From: Octopus sinensis
Taxonomy: Eukaryota
Length of the DNA: 64,000 nucleotides
Reading direction: 5' to 3'
NCBI RefSeq assembly: GCF_006345805.1
Contig: NC_042998.1
Span: 3,224,001 to 3,288,000 of the forward strand
Below the pieces are notes generated by a model that made no database searches, was not told where the DNA came from, and saw only the letters and a list, made by a program, of their open reading frames with translations. A program made the translations under genes and the position numbers. Positions 34,665 through 48,835 of the stretch are shown here, piece after piece. Positions within the stretch are counted from its first letter, which is position 1, and every line of letters begins with the position of its first letter.

Positions 34665-35186
34665 TATTTTACTTATTTCAGTCATTACATTGCAGCTATG
34701 CTGGGACGCTGCCTTGAATAGTTTTAGTCCAGGGATTCTCAAACATTTTTTATCTATGGACCCCCTTTGATAACTATTTTATTTTGGTGGACCCCTACCC
34801 ATAGCCGTTCAATCTTTAAAAACTAGTTTTAAAGAAACTTCTTTCGAAATTCCTATTCTGTTTTTCGCACAGGCTATGTAGGCTGAACTATATAAAATGT
34901 TACAGGAAGGAACCTCACGGTTTCTTGCCAAACGTTCATCTAAAGCAAATTTTTTACAGGGGCCCTTAAAATATTGTGGATCCCCAATCTATTAATTTGT
35001 TGTGTGGACCCCAAAATCTTATATGGACCCTCAGGGGCCTTATAGACCTCGGTTGAGAACCACTGTTTTAGTCGAATGAATCAATCCCAGTACTTGTTTT
35101 TAAGCGTAGTACTTTGTCGGTCTCTTTTACCGAACCGCTTGATAACGGAGATATAAACAAATCAATACCAGTTGGCAGGCGATAAC

Positions 35187-35224
<38 letters not shown>

Positions 35225-35394
35225 TATACTCGACGGACTTCTTTCAGCTTCTGTCTACCACATCCACTCTCAAGACTTTGGTCGGCCCAGGGCTACAGTA
35301 GAAGGCACTTACCCAAGTCCCCCTCAGCGGCACTGAATCCGGAAACACGTGGTTAGGAAGCAAACTTCTTACCCCACAGCTACGTCTGCGCCTA
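34665..35394 (-). mobile_element. SINE-A interrupted by a hAT MITE
   Basis: Tail at 34665-34729 resumes at 35066 (TTTTAGTC|GAATGAATCAATCCCAG); head ends ...GCGCCTA. Confidence 0.8.
34730..35065 (-). mobile_element. hAT-type MITE (336 bp) with perfect 8-bp TSD TTTTAGTC
   Basis: TIRs CAGGGATTCTCAA ... TTGAGAACCACTG; TSD at 34722-34729 and 35066-35073. Confidence 0.9.
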
Positions 35395-35959
35395 TATATC
35401 TAACTTAATAACATATATTAGCACAGAAACATGATTTTCATGCACACACAATGTCTCAAAGAAATTAGGCACACTGCGTTCATTATAAATGAAATGGTAT
35501 GAGATAACGTGGTTGTAAATATGGAATTTGTCTTAATAGCTGAAGTATGATTTTACTACGGAAGAAAAACGAGCAAAGAAGCTTTCACTTGGAGAATAAT
35601 AAGAATTTGTTTGATAAAAACATGCTTAATATATAGACGCATCTCTTAATATTTTTGACCTCATTGGTGCTAGTGACTTACTTAATACTTAGAAGCATTA
35701 TGTCTCTTTGAACAACAAATTGCCGGTTTGTATTATGAGATCTTGGCTTAGGAGGAATTTTTCTAGTTCCTTTCGCTTATTTAAGTTTATAGCCGAAATG
35801 TGTGTGTATGTGACAGCGTGCGTCTGTGTGTGTGCATGTGCATGTAACTTAAAATTTAACCGTATATGTATAATACATCTACATCTATCTATCTATCTAT
35901 GAAAAGCTCTACTTTGTAATTTGTCCCGTGTTCAGCCCTGTGTGACTAATATGGAAACA

Positions 35960-36400
<441 letters not shown>

Positions 36401-36849
36401 TATATATTATATCATGTTACAGAGAGGCGCATATTTATATAGAAAACCCCACCCAACTCACATTACTGTTTCAGTAGCATTAATTCTTAACATTTTCTCT
36501 TTCTCTCATAGAAAAATGCCTCTAACATCATTACTTGCTTCTTTCAGGGAGTCGTCGTTGTGGTTGATATTTCTTTCGCTAATGAATATATTCTACAAAT
36601 GTATGCTTGGGTGTGTATGTAGGTGGGTGGTGTAGATAGAATTGGTTTCCAGTGGGATCGCAGTGTGTGTACCTCATTCATACCCCATGTCGACCGGCTG
36701 AAGTGAAATCAATATTGTAATCGCACGAAAAACAAGACTTCTTAATCATACAGGGATTTAGCACAATGCATTACGCTTATTCATACTTTCATCGGCTGAA
36801 ATAATACTGGATTTAAGCGTTGTCATCAAGGACGCAACACGATAATATT

Positions 36850-37060
36850 GTTGGCTTTTATTTTCTTGAGCGTCAGGACTCTCAAGGCCAAGTTATCTGG
36901 TTTCCATGGCGTATAAGTGACAGAAATCTCACATCTTCCTAGAACAGGATGATGGTCCATTGCAGTGTCCAAGGCCAGGAATTTTGATGAGGTGGGGGTA
37001 GACATACTTGACAGATATCGACCCCGAAAGATGAAAGATAAAATTGACCTCAGCACGTAG
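36850..37060 (-). mobile_element. Old chimeric SINE: SINE-B-type core + T1-like tail
   Basis: Minus strand CTTTCATCTTTCGGGGTCGATA, then CTGCAATGGACCATCATCC...ATACGCCATGGAAACCAG. Confidence 0.5.
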
Positions 37061-37304
37061 AGAGCCGGAAACGCCGGTCAGTTATTATTTATTTTTTTTT
37101 CTTTGTCTGACATGATAACGATTCTGTCAGCTTGCCGTTGATGGATAAGGAATCGGAAAATAATACCAATATCCGTAGAAACTGGAGTTCTTTTGCATCA
37201 TAAAAATTAATTCAAACAAGCTGTTAGGGAGCTGATGCGTGGTGGGGGTAACTTGTGCAATCAAGGAAGTTTTTCAGTCAGGACTAATGTTTGCTCTCTA
37301 GTAG

Positions 37305-37510
37305 TCTTTTATTTGTTTCAGTCATTTGACTGCGCCCATGCTGGAGCACCGCCTTTTATGCGAACAAATCAACCCCAGGACTTATTCTTTGTAAGCCTAG
37401 TACGTATTCTATCGGTCTCTAGTGCCGAAACACTAAGTTATGGGGACCTAAACACACTAGCATCGGTTGTCAGGCAATGTTGGGTGGACAGACAGACACA
37501 CACACACCCA

Positions 37511-37569
<59 letters not shown>

Positions 37570-37873
37570 GCACACACACATATATATATACGACGAGCTT
37601 CTTTTTTCAGTTTCCGTCTACCAAATCCACTCATAAGGTTTTAGTTGGCCCGAGGCTGTAGTTGAAGACACTTGCCTAAGGTGCCACGCAGAGACCCTGA
37701 ACCCGGAACCATTTGGTTGGTAAGCAAGTTACTTACCACACATCCACTCCCGCGCCTATATCTTCATCTTTTATTTTGGACTGTGGCCTTACTGGAGCAC
37801 TATCTTGAAACATTTTATAGAATAAATCCACCCCAGTACTTCTTTTTAAGTGTGTTATTCTCTGTACACGCGG

Positions 37874-37946
<73 letters not shown>

Positions 37947-38110
37947 GACGCGCTTCTGCAGTTTCCGTCTACGATTTTCTCTCACAAGGCATAAGTCAGT
38001 CCGGGGCTACAGTAGAAGATACTTATGCAAAGTACCGCGTGGTGAGACTGAACTCTAAACCACGTGGTTACAATGCGAACTTATTAATCACATAGCCATG
38101 TCTACGCCTA
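37305..38110 (-). mobile_element. Two tandem SINE-A copies (37305-37758 full; 37765-38110 degraded with internal deletion)
   Basis: Two successive tail / (CA)n / head series ending ...GCGCCTA and ...ACGCCTA. Confidence 0.85.
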
Positions 38111-38879
38111 TAAGTAAGTGAACTTATTCGAATTCGAAACCTTTACGAATCCTCGAATATCCGTCAAGCATCGGATACCCAGAAGATAAAGCAATCAGTG
38201 TTAAATCTGTTTAGTGTACAGCAGTCTCCAGAGGTAAAATATGAATTGAATAAAAATTCCAAACTGATGTGTTTTGGAAGTTCGGAAAAGGGTTGAAGGA
38301 AGGCAATTACCGCCTAATTATTAAAGTATTAACATAGTTTTGCTTTTGTTTGACTACTTCGCTATTTAATCACAAATGATTTTTTATATGTTCATACACT
38401 TTCATCAACCTAGACATCACCTGTCAAATAAACAGGTGTGTCTTATTAACCTATGTATGAATTTGGGGAAGTTGTGTACAGAGAATAAAGCAAATTTTCT
38501 TGCCAAAAACAATTCCACATTGAATAGAAATCAACATATTTATCGCACCTTGGGTGTGTTCTTGTGTTAAAGGGTATATTTCAAGATAGTGGAAAAAAAG
38601 AAAGAAAAACTGCTTTTCTTAAGAAATAAGACAGTTGTCAGAATGTTGAAGTCTATAAAAATTTATCTTCCTGTCTCCGCTTTTCTTGTTTTGTATATTC
38701 TTTGTCTAGAAAGACGAAAGGGAAAAAAAGGCGGAGGATCGTTTATACAAATGGGAGAGATAAATACAAAAGCTTAATTGGACCACCTCATAAAAGTCAG
38801 CGCCGGAGATAATATATTTTTGATTTAGAGATGTCATTTGAATTAAAGATTTACATGTGTGCTTGCTTCCATGTCTACT

Positions 38880-39075
38880 TACACATACATACATACATAC
38901 ATACATACATACATACATACATACATACGTACGTACGTACGTACGTACGTACGTACGTATGTACATATATACGTACGTACGTACGTACGTATGTACATAT
39001 ATACGTACATACGTACATACATACATACGTACATACTTACGTACATAAATACATACATACATACGTACATACATA
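38880..39075. repeat. (ACAT)n/(ACGT)n microsatellite
   Basis: Read directly. Confidence 0.95.
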
Positions 39076-40797
39076 ACACATGATCACACAACCAGACGCG
39101 CTACATTTTACACACATGCATACAGGCACATACACGCACACACAATACCATACACACATACACTCATAAACATATCTGGTGTATGAATACGTGTATAAGT
39201 CTCGCTTCTTTACTTTTTAGATCTCAAAATCCTAAACATATATATTTAGAGATTTTGTGTTAGATTCCAGCAAAAACACGTGTATAAGCGTGTATGTTTA
39301 TGTATGTATGGTTATGTATGTATGATGGTGTTGGTGCCAGTGTGTATACAATCGTTCCACGCGTTGCGACTGCTTCAGGTTTCGGGATTTCTCTCTTAAG
39401 GTGATTGTGAATTAAGACTAGTAATTTCGGGAAACGGAAACCCGCATAAAATTTAAGAGCTTGAAGCGGGTTCTTTGTCAAAACTCCGCTTCTCAGCGTT
39501 TTATATTACACCAATATAGTTAACAATTTGAAAAAATGTAATTACAAAACATATATATATGCATCCACCCATCCACCCGCACATATATCCACACGTACAT
39601 ATATCCACACGTACACACACACACACACACATGTGCATGTATGCAAGTGTTTTGTGTATGCGATGATGGATTTACTTACGGTTCAAGATATTTGGAAAGA
39701 AAGCATGAAGTGGAACTGAAGGCGGCGGTGCGGAAAAGAACTGTTGAGGGATAAATGGATATTAAACTCGATGTCTTAAAAGGGTTGGATGCGGGAGAAA
39801 GAAGTCAGTCATTTTACCAAAGCATTTAAGTTTGCAACTTGTACAGTGTGAACAATATGTGATAAGAGAAAGAGAATTAAATCGAGAGCTCAAGGAGAAA
39901 TCCCATTAACTGACCGGACCTTATTTTCTGATAGATCTAATGCAATACTTAAAATGGAATAGCTCTTGTTTACATGGATTGAAGATCAGACTAGATCCAT
40001 TTGTTGATAATTAAAAGGGTATTAAAAAAAATTCAAAATTTTGTTACGATTTGAAGAAAAAGGCAAGTGAAACTTATAATTTAGAACCTTTTTCGGTTAG
40101 TAAAGGCTGGTTTGAAAGATTTAAGAAGCCCTTAAATTTGCACAGCGTAAAACCGCCTCATGAAATGGGCAGTGCTAATACAAAGTCCTTACTAATTATT
40201 CTGAGCATCGATTAACAAAATAGTGATTACTGATACACTCCAGAGCTAGTACACAATATTGATGAAACTACTCTTTTCTGGAAGCTCATGTCTGTTAGAA
40301 CTTATATTTCTTGAGAAGAAAAATCAACACCAAGATTCGGGGCTTACAGACATCTCTTGTTGCTGCTTCTTCAGGGAGTAAATGCTGCTGGAAATATGAA
40401 ATAAAAGCCCTTACTTTTGAATCACTCCCGAATCCAAGGGCTTCGTAAGGTTGCGTAAAGTTTAATTAAAATTTTTCGAAGAGTGATTTACAAAACTATG
40501 TTATTCTGCTGTAGAAAGGTTAGTGTCAGACAATATTACCAACAAATCATTGGTCCTTCTAGATAATGTACCAAGCCGTCGAAGTAAACTCAAATGAAAT
40601 TTCTGATGATGTTAGAATAGAATATTCCTCCCAAAGTACAACTTCTTTCGTCTAGACAAGGGATCAAAATGAGGTAGCTAACTCAAACACATATTGCTGA
40701 GAAATTTCAAACACTTTATGAAAGTAGCTGATAGGGAGGATAAACCTGCAGTTAGAGTTTCTAGGACGAAGTTCAATGCGGTGGATGCTGTTGATAT

Positions 40798-41161
40798 GGA
40801 AGTACTCCGTCGGGTACGATGACGAGGGTTCCGGTTGATCCGAATCAACGGAACAGCCTGCTCGTGAAATTAACGTGTAAGTGGCTGAGCACTCCACAGA
40901 CACGTGTACCTTTAACGTAGTTCTCGGGGATATTCAGCGTGACACAGAGAGTGACAAGGACGGCCCTTTGAAATACAGGTACAACAGAAACAGGAAGTAA
41001 GAGTGAGAGAAAGTTGTGGTGAAAGAGTACAGAAGGGATCACCACCATCGTGGAGCTTTAGGTGTTTTCGCTCAATAAACACTGACAACGCCCGGTCTGG
41101 GAATCGAAACCGCGATCCTATGACCGCGAGTCCGCTGCCCTAACCATTGCGCCTCCATATA
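40798..41161 (-). mobile_element. SINE-C group: H2 head + T2 tail, with 13-bp TSD (ATGCTGTTGATAT)
   Basis: Head GGAGGCGCAATGGTTAGGGCAGCGGACTCGCGG; T2 tail; TSD at 40785-40797 and 41162-41174. Confidence 0.9.
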
Positions 41162-41497
41162 ATGCTGTTGATATAATAACTGGTTTATAGGGTGAAGTGG
41201 AACACTCAAGTTTAAATGAGGGTTTGGAAAATATATGGCCACACTGAATCTGTGACTTTACAATTTTTCCTCAAGGAGAAAATCTGCATCGAAATTCAGA
41301 AATATATTGAGACAATTGCGAATGATGCAGTATCTGAAGAAGTCAGAGAATGGTGTAGATTAGTTGGTAGTGCTCCATAGAGAAAGTTTATGTAACAAGA
41401 AGCTGGTGCAGTTAGAACAAGAGCCAGCTGAGAATACAGATGAGAATACGGAAATTCCACCAGTTCTTGAAGTGACCGGAAAGAATATTGCGAAAGT

Positions 41498-41721
41498 GAA
41501 GGCGGCGAGCTGGTAGAAACGTTAGCACACCGGGCGAAATGCTTAGCGGTATTTCGTCTGCCGTTACGTTCTGAGTTCAAATTCCGCCGAGGTCGACTTT
41601 GCCTTTCATCCTTTCAGGGTCGATAAATTAAGTATCAGTTACGCACTGGGGTCGATATAATCCGCTTCTCTGTCCCTGTTTGACCTCTCTGTGTTTAGCC
41701 CCTTGTGGGCAGTAAAGAAAT
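41498..41721 (+). mobile_element. SINE-B, full length, with 17-bp TSD (AAGAATATTGCGAAAGT)
   Basis: Near-consensus copy; TSD at 41481-41497 and 41722-41738. Confidence 0.93.
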
Positions 41722-42099
41722 AAGAATATTGCGAAAGTCTTGGCAAAACGATCCTAATTGAAAACGTAACCTAAAAATTGCAAGAGGAATTGATAATGGC
41801 TTCGATTCGTTCACTGAGCTGTACGAAGGGATGATGCGCCATAAACATCAATCAATTTCGGATAAGTTCGTCGTCTCTAGATCAGATGATGGAGTATAAA
41901 ACAAAAGACGTCTCTAATCCTCCCAATAACATTCATTCGACGACCAGCATCCTTCACGGATTAGGCAACAAATTTTGGGATCAAAACGTACCCAACTAGA
42001 TATCTTTCGCAACCAGAATGTGTGTTCAACCCCATGTTCCGGAAGTATTTCGAGCAAATGACATTTTCTTTTCTATTCTAGGCACAAGGCCCGAAATTT

Positions 42100-42335
42100 T
42101 TTCAGAATGACTGACAAAATCGCAATCGGCAGCGTATTGAGTAAGTAAAAACCTTCGTTTTGAATTTCAGTCTTGTCAAATTAAAAACATTCCCTGTTGT
42201 TCGATATTTTATGTAAATACCCTCCTCGGAGTTTTGAAAAGCGTGTGACAACACAACTGCAAAGTATATTGCAAAGAGGGTGGGTGAATCAAGGTCTCCC
42301 TGCTTTACTCTATTTTCTACGGCAAAAGTTAACTC
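42100..42335 (-). mobile_element. RTE-clade reverse transcriptase fragment
   Basis: FAVENRVKQGDLDSPTLFAIYFAVVL...EGIYIKYRTTGNVFNLTRLKFKTKV...QYAADC is typical of RTE RT domains 4-5. Confidence 0.82.
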
Positions 42336-42613
42336 TGCCAGAGGTGCGAGAACGTAGGAGGAACCTAGTTTCAATGTGGTTGGACTACAAGACAGCCTTT
42401 GACTCTGTTCTCCATTCATGGATGCTAGAAGCCCTTCAACTTGCTAAAGTTCCAGTGACAATAGTCAAAGCCATAGCTGACCTGACTTCATCGTGGGCCA
42501 CCATCTTGAAATTAAACACAAAGAATACAGTATCACGAAGGCATATTTCAAGGAGACAGCTTGAGAATACATTCGTAAAACATGCAAATCTGCACATACA
42601 TACATAAATACAT

Positions 42614-42644
<31 letters not shown>

Positions 42645-43025
42645 TACATACATACATACATACATACATACATACATACATACCCTGTTGTTGATGTCGA
42701 AATTCCAATGAAGGAGCCTTGGATCTAGGTTAGAAACCGGTTCTTTCTCTATTGGCAAGAAATCTTGAAATAAACTGAATAATGACATACATACATATCT
42801 GTTAAGATATGCAACTATATGTATGAGAATACATAAACTAAAACATACAAATCAGCACGTACTCTGACTCCAAATACTGTATATATACATACCTATATGC
42901 AAAAATACTCTGCTGATGTTGTTGAAATTCCAATGAAGGAGCTTTGGATCTAGGTTAGAAATCAGCTCTCTCTCAATTGGCAACGGATCTTGAAATAAAA
43001 CTGAATAATTACATACATACATAAA
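42336..43025 (+). mobile_element. R4/NeSL-like (RLE) LINE fragment: RT piece, internal deletion, 3'UTR with (ACAT)n and duplicated terminal module
   Basis: RRRNLVSMWLDYKTAFDSVLHSWMLEAL...SWATIL, then GIFQGDSL in a shifted frame. A ~105-bp module GAAATTCCAATGAAGGAGC.TTGGATCTAGGTTAGAAA...ACTGAATAAT-ACATACATAC occurs at ~42685-42795 and ~42912-43022. Confidence 0.65.
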
Positions 43026-43943
43026 CATATGCATACGTATGTGTGCGTGCGTGTATATGTAAGTATGAATACATGTGTATGTGTTTGCATGCATGTTTTT
43101 CTATGTGTATAAATGAGTGTCTCCGTGTGTGAGTCTGTGTATGTTTGCAAACTAGGCGTTTATTCACTGAGAGGGTTGCGATCGCGTGCGGGCGCACACA
43201 CACAAACACACGCATACACGCAGGTACACACACACAAGCACAAACACACGTATACGCACAGGTACGCACACACATATACACACGCATACGCGCAGATACA
43301 CATACATACATACACACACATACACACACACAGCCCACATACACGTGTGTGTGATCATGTGTGTCTGTGTGTGTTTGTATGCGTTATTATAATCGCAAGA
43401 CCGGGTATTTTGATTAACGGCAGAGACCAAAAAGATGTTACGGTCTGCTGAATTTTTCTATACTTACCTGTATGTCGAGTTTCATTTTTAATTATAAACC
43501 AACCATATCAATACAATAATCAAAAGTTCTCCATTCACCAGACGCCAATATCAGTTGTATTTGCTCCCTAGTTTTATATATATATACATATATATATATA
43601 TATACATATGTATACATACACGTATACATTTACAGCATGTATTCAAAAGTTACACACATGCTTTGCACAGGTGTCGTTACTTTCCTTGCTTATTTTTTTT
43701 CCTACTTTATTTTGATATAGACTCTACCCGAAACGTCGGTCTATTCCTGTTCTTTTCCCCTTTTCTCGGCATACAATTTTTTGTGGACGACTTGTATATT
43801 AATTCGTCTTTTCATTTTGTCAATCACTTTTCAAGTTTTTGTCTCGCTGTTCTAATCTCTCACATTACCCAACTCTCCGTCTCTTTTTCCCCTCGTTCCA
43901 TTTGTCCCGTTTTTACGTGTACGCATGTGCACACACACACTCA

Positions 43944-44000
<57 letters not shown>

Positions 44001-44146
44001 GCATGCAGAGACAAACACACACACTCACATAGACATACTGAGGTATACAGTGTTTTTGAAACCCCTACGTCTTAAAGGGACTTTCACTGGACGATATATT
44101 GCAGCATAAAAGCGTTTAAACGAAGCTCGTACATTAAATATCATCA

Positions 44147-44530
44147 ATCTTTATATCTAAAAGTGAGGTTGTGTGTCTGTCTCCTACGATTTAGATTCCT
44201 AACTACTCCCACATTTTGTGGTGCAGTTTAACCAAAACCGGGTATCTTATAGTCGTGATTCATATCGAGCGCGTCTACGATGAGTCTACGATTCAAAAAA
44301 AAAATTACCATCATTTTTTTCCATTTTAATGCATTTTTTCGCTATTATATAAGGGAAGTAACTCTCTAAAAATGTCTACGATGAGTCAACGATTTAAAAA
44401 AAAAATTTACCATCATTTGTTTTCCATTTTTAATGCATTTTTTTGCTATTTTTTGGCTATAACTCTCTAAAAATGCTTATATAGTTATTTCCCTTACAAA
44501 TCCGAGCAACGCCGGGCGATACTGCTAGTA
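44147..44530 (-). mobile_element. Non-autonomous Helitron-like element with an internal ~100-bp tandem duplication
   Basis: Minus 5' end TACTAGCAGTATCGCCCGGCGTTGCTCGG; 3' end CACAACCTCACTTTTAGATATAAAGAT. Confidence 0.62.
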
Positions 44531-46021
44531 AAATATATATAGGCATGCCAGCTTGCCACTTCTTTTTTCTACTTCATATTGATATTTAGTTATAGTTGGT
44601 TCAAACATTATAAAACATGTTTGACTTTCAACTAGAAGCAGTATGCCAAATAAAATTTTCATTTATGAAATGCAAACTTAAACTTGTTTCTGGGACGTAT
44701 TGAACCAAGAATTTGCATCTCTGCGTCTACTAAAATGTTTTCTCTTCTATGCTTTACCGTCTCTGAGTTTACTTTTCTGACAGTTGCAACCCGAAGAAAT
44801 TTATGTTATGTCGTAAGTAAAACCATATCAACTTCCCAAGTAATCCTTGTAAAGTCATGATTACGCGAAAGATGTAAGGGAAACCGCTGTTATACTGATA
44901 TCATACAATTTACTAGGGTGAAAAAAAAGACAGATCTTTCGGTGATATTAATACCCAGAAGAAAAGCCGAAAAGCATTTTTCGGCTAATCTATCCATTGA
45001 CACCTTTTGTTGCTTTAGTAATTACGTTGGTCATGCTGTTAATTGTGGTGGCGACAACGGTGTACTTTGCAAGGCTGGCGCGGTGTTAATTATGTTGACA
45101 TATTTCATTATATGCTTGAACTCTGCATATCTTATACAACACAAAGATTATCTGCAAATAAAACTAATTTCTTACAGAAAAAAAATCAGCTCCCAGAATT
45201 TTTGTCTATTTCCAGTTCAGAAGCAGTTATATATACGTACGCCCAAATGCTCGCATGTATTACACAAGAGCACATACATAGATATACAAACACACATGTA
45301 CAGATGAACGCGTGCTCACACATAAGTAAGCATGCACGCGCGCACACATGTTCACGCAGGCGCATTTGAGCCATGTTTCTGCAAACACACTCCAGTCCCC
45401 AGCCTGGGCTTACGAAAAATGAGCTGCTTGTCTCAACGCACCAAAATACACACACTGTAACTAACGGACAAATCGCTTGTACAAACAATAAATATTCCGT
45501 AGAATTAGTTTTGATTTTTAAAAGACGTTGTACGCAATACGTCACAGCATTACTTTTCTATTTATATTTTACATCAAAACCATATACATAATACGTGAAC
45601 CCGACCCCAATGAAAAAATAAACAAACAAATAAAAAAAACCCAGATCCTTATCGATTATTCTTTGAAAATTGCCAGATCTTGTATATTTTGTCATCAATC
45701 AACAGATATCTGACAGCTCTCATCAAATATCAAGCGGTTATCTGCTGAATTCATGCAGACATACAATTCGGTACGATTGTATATGTTCAAAAGAGTTAAA
45801 CCAACTCTCTCTACAAGATATTCTGTTTGCAGTTGGGATACTTTTATAATATAATAATGTAACTATCTGAGGCAAAAATTGCTGAAGTGATAGACTATTT
45901 TGAGATCATATCAGCTGGAGATGTTTTGATATATCTGCCAAAACGTCTCTATATTTTCACTTCACCAGAAATATTATTGTGAATTGAACTGACTATTTAT
46001 GGATACATCTCATCAGGGAAT

Positions 46022-46107
<86 letters not shown>

Positions 46108-46276
46108 TGATGCAAGATTAAAGTCAAGCTATGTATATGAGAGGGAATAGAATACTACTATGGTGTTTCTATTTCAGAGAATAAGGAAATGTGCCCAGAG
46201 GTACAGAAGGAAAGTTTTTTTCCGTAATGTAAGAGAGGAAAGATCTGTTGGAAATTCTAACTGGTTTAGAGTGTTC

Positions 46277-46337
<61 letters not shown>

Positions 46338-46718
46338 CCTACCTACCTACCTACCTATCTATCTATCTATCTACATATCTTTGTATTTATGTCGAGTTAT
46401 AATAAAAACAATTTAACATGAAACTGAAGAATTACCTAATATTTTTGGTAGAGTACATATTTATTATACTTTAACAAAAAAAGGGGTGATAGTAATCTTG
46501 AAGTTTTTGCGTGCTACCCTTTATCGGACTCTAGCTCACTTAGGCCCCTTTTAGATTTATATAGTCACTCGTAAGTTGTTTTCCGGCGTAGGTGGAGCTA
46601 AAACGAAAAATAAGAACTTGCCTGAGACTTTATAAAACCAAAAGGAACCCTGGTGTACTGCAGCCCGACAAAAGCTAGGAGGCCAAAACCTTAAAGTTAC
46701 TGACGTACTTCTTGTAAA

Positions 46719-46759
<41 letters not shown>

Positions 46760-47088
46760 CACTGTTCTATTAAGGTTGAAATGCTTCACAAACACTTTTA
46801 CTCAGACTTTCACGTAACTGTTCATCTGATAGAAATAAACTTTTGGAAAAATATAATGCATTATAAGTGTTCTAAAGTCTTACTTCTGTCTGATGATCAG
46901 GTACGTGAAACTTTGAGCAACAATTTGTGAAGTTTTTTATCTTTAATAAAGCGCAACTTTTTACTCTGCTGTTGGCAGTCGAGTGATATTTTCTCCACTT
47001 TGTCCCTATGCGTACGCATCTGTGTGTGTGTGTATGCATGTGTATATGCACATACATACATGCATACCTACATACACACATACTCACA

Positions 47089-47480
47089 TAGGCGTGACTG
47101 TGTGGTAAGAAGCTTGTTTTCCAACACATGGTTCCAGGTTCAATCCCACTGCTTGGCACCTTGAACAAGTGTCTTCTACTATCAGGCTGACCAAAGCCTT
47201 GTGAGTGGATTTTGTAGGCGGAAACTGGAAGAAGCCCGTCGTATATATATATATATATATATATATGTTTATGTGTGTGTGTCTGTGGTTGTACCCCGCA
47301 ATCGGTTGACAACCGATGCTGGTATTCTATGTCTCCGTAACTTAGCGGTTCGGCAAAAGAGTTTGATATAATAAGTACTACGCTTACAAAAATAAGTCCT
47401 GGGGTCGATTTCTTCGACTAAACCCCTTTAAGGCTGCATGATCGCAGTCAGATGACTGAAACAAGCAAAAGAATAAAAGA
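47089..47480 (+). mobile_element. SINE-A (small deletions in head and tail)
   Basis: GGCGTGACTGTGTGGTAAG...GGCACCTTGAACAAGTGTCTT...GAAGAAGCCCGTCG(TA)n...GACTGAAACAAG. Confidence 0.88.
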
Positions 47481-48444
47481 ATATATATATATATTGTCGT
47501 CTTACCATTTTTATCAATATATATATATATATATCCATATATATAATATACATGCTAAAAGCCAGCTAGTCCCCGGTAAACGATTTGAAAGAAGTGTCTT
47601 CTTCGTTTGGTCATTCCAAATTTTACCTCTTATAATTGTGGTGTTGTATGTCGTTTATTTGCAGTTGAATAACCTCCAGGTCAAGATCTTGCAGAAGTCT
47701 GTAGATAATTCATTCAAATGCATTTTGAAATATGTTTGACGCATTTACATTTTCATGAAGAGCTAAAGAATGCTGTTAAATAGGTTCTGCCTTGTTTAGA
47801 ATGTCTTCAAAGGAGCTGAAAAAGAAATAGAAAATTTACTTTTTGGCTGTACTTTTCACAACAAGGAAATTAGTTTGACGTTATTTATCATTTGCCAGGA
47901 GTGACAAATAATTTATGCGTAAAACTTTCAGTACAAAGAATATGTTGCATATAAACTCGAATCAACTTGTAATCTGAGAGTGAACTCGTTAAGATATGTC
48001 ACTGACTTACATGAGTTTGTAAGTTCCTACAACTAAACACTGCTCCAAAGTAGTAGATAGCCATGATTTTTCTCCTTAAAGGAAAAGAAGGAATATCAAT
48101 CCCGATCTAAAAATTTAATAATCGTGAATTAATACAGTCTCTATTAAGCTATCTTGCAGCAAAATGCCATGTCGGCTTCAATTTCTTCCCCCAAAACGTT
48201 TGAATTTGGTTAAGATTTCGTGCACGTGGTCGAATAAAATTCGTTTGATAGAAAAGTAGTTTTTATCACACATAAAACCAATTTCGATGCTTTCGGTAAA
48301 TTCACTTCTGGTGGATTGTGTAGTGGAACAAAGTCGTTTTGTTTATTGCAGCTTCTTCCGGTTCCGCTCGGATTTACTAATTGAAATTAGAAATGTCAGA
48401 CATTACATTTTAAGCTGAATGAGTTTCAGTGCTGGTGTGAATAC

Positions 48445-48835
48445 TGTGCTAGTGCTGCTGCTGGTGGTGGTGGTGGTGGTGATGATGATGACGATGAGAT
48501 GATGATGATGATGATGATGACGATGATGATGACGACGACGACGACGATGATGATGATGATGACGATGATGACGATGATGACGATGATGACGATGATGATG
48601 ACCATGATGACGATGATGATGATGACGATGATGATGGTGATGATGATGATGACGATGATGACGATGATGATGATGATAATGATGATAATGATGATGATGA
48701 TGACGACGATGATGATGATGACGACGACGATGATTTCAGCGACAACGATGATGATTAAAAGGACGACTTCGACGACGACGACTACGACGACGATGACGAT
48801 GATGATGATGACGACGACAGCGATGATAACGTTCA
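48445..48835. repeat. (GAT/GAC)n trinucleotide array
   Basis: Read directly; source of the poly-M/S/I ORFs. Confidence 0.95.

Larger units (their letters stand above)
39750..41870 (+). mobile_element. Decayed Tigger/pogo-family transposon (near full-length transposase pseudogene) split by two SINEs
   Basis: Frameshifted motifs in the correct order: KLDVL..LDAGER (HTH), LLFTWIEDQ, SKGWFERFKK (CENP-B HTH), IDETTLFWK, GNAAG..K.KPL, LLDNVPS, FLP...LDQG, and a C-terminal DP-N..R..KI.RGI. Confidence 0.8.
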
